A stretch of DNA of 64,000 nt from Woeseiaceae bacterium (GTDB lineage: Bacteria; Pseudomonadota; Gammaproteobacteria; Steroidobacterales; Woeseiaceae). A program made the translations under genes and the position numbers. The notes beneath the pieces were generated by a model that was given only the letters and a program-made list of their open reading frames with translations, was not told the origin of the DNA and ran no database searches. The DNA lies in the NCBI GenBank assembly GCA_035344075.1, contig DAORAI010000005.1, positions 1,509-65,508 of the forward strand, in the 5' to 3' direction. This document shows, one piece after another, positions 63,677-64,000 of this stretch; position 1 is the stretch's first letter, and every line of letters begins with the position of its first letter.

Positions 63677-64000
63677 CTACTGTGCCGACTGATGATAATT
63701 TTCCAGCCCAACTTTCTCGATCAAGCCAATCTGAGTCTCCAACCAGTCCACGTGTTCTTCCTCTGATGCCAGGATCCCGTCGAACAGGTCTCGAGTCACA
63801 TAGTCTTTATGCACTTCACAGTATGCAATCGCGGCACGGAGGTCCGCAATTGCATCGAGTTCCATGTCCAGGTCGCATTGAAGTATTTCTGGAACATTCT
63901 CGCCAATGCGCAGTTTCCCCAGGTCCTGCAAGTTGGGTAGTCCCTCCAGAAAAAGAATTCTTTCGATAAGCGAATCCGCGTGCTTCATCTCATCGATGGA
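63677..64000 (-). CDS. bfr: Bacterioferritin, N-terminal part beyond window edge
   Basis: '[32 protein letters not shown]...[23 protein letters not shown]' aligns with the C-terminal two-thirds of E. coli Bfr ('[31 protein letters not shown]'). The frame is open to nt 64000. Confidence 0.9.
   Translation of the reverse strand, partial: SIDEMKHADSLIERILFLEGLPNLQDLGKLRIGENVPEILQCDLDMELDAIADLRAAIAYCEVHKDYVTRDLFDGILASEEEHVDWLETQIGLIEKVGLENYHQSAQ

Noticed and set aside
63666-63687. Hairpin CGGCAC-N10-GTGCCG between the convergent Calx-beta and bfr genes, as a possible bidirectional terminator.
   Set aside because: It has only a 6-bp stem, overlaps the bfr stop codon and has no flanking T or A run. 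That is not enough to call a terminator.

Overview
The window is one contiguous, almost fully coding exopolysaccharide and protein-sorting island (about 50 genes) from a Gram-negative, proteobacterial-type chromosome. I saw no rRNA, tRNA, CRISPR array, transposase or integrase. All family assignments come from motif reading and recalled family descriptions; no searches were run.

Layout:
- 1-7.4 kb: prsK (5' end cut by the window edge), a hexapeptide acyltransferase, a lipase-like lipoprotein, a FemAB-family gene, and a minus-strand flippase-like plus GT-C pair.
- 7.7-12.4 kb: a giant secreted protein built as D-IPTx4-D-IPTx2-D. Next to it is the only PEP-CTERM substrate gene in the window, which has its own sigma54-type -24/-12 promoter and an intrinsic terminator.
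- 12.5-30.4 kb: the canonical exosortase-A core, tightly packed on the + strand. It holds prsT, epsE/F/G-like genes, an outer-membrane beta-barrel, a deacetylase, a glycosyltransferase, an xrtA-epsI fusion, a second glycosyltransferase, an AsnB-type amidotransferase, two GT4 genes and another deacetylase.
- 30.4-33.4 kb (minus strand): a secreted beta-propeller and an AsnB paralogue that lacks the N-terminal Cys nucleophile.
- 33.45-34.08 kb: an AT-rich spacer containing what reads as a class I c-di-GMP (GEMM-I) riboswitch.
- 34.1-40.7 kb: three overlapping genes for modular surface proteins behind that riboswitch. They share six copies of a two-Cys Ig-like module; two end in GlyGly-CTERM-like tails and one is a lipoprotein.
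- 40.8-45.5 kb (minus strand): Wzx-type flippase, a methyltransferase-like gene, an APH-type kinase and an O-antigen-ligase-like gene.
- 45.9-61.4 kb: a lower-GC cassette. It holds a beta-helix paralogue, a TPR protein, GT2/SDR/FAD genes, a WbpB/E/D/I-like diacetamido-uronic-acid set, and an ACP, AMP-ligase, SDR, GNAT, methyltransferase and CelD-like acyl-decoration set.
- 61.6-63.6 kb: a LamG plus 4x Calx-beta protein with a third GlyGly-CTERM-like tail.
- Right edge: bacterioferritin, partial.

The most interesting candidate is the c-di-GMP riboswitch-gated, GlyGly-CTERM or lipid-anchored trio of putative glycan-active proteins embedded in an XrtA/PEP-CTERM island.
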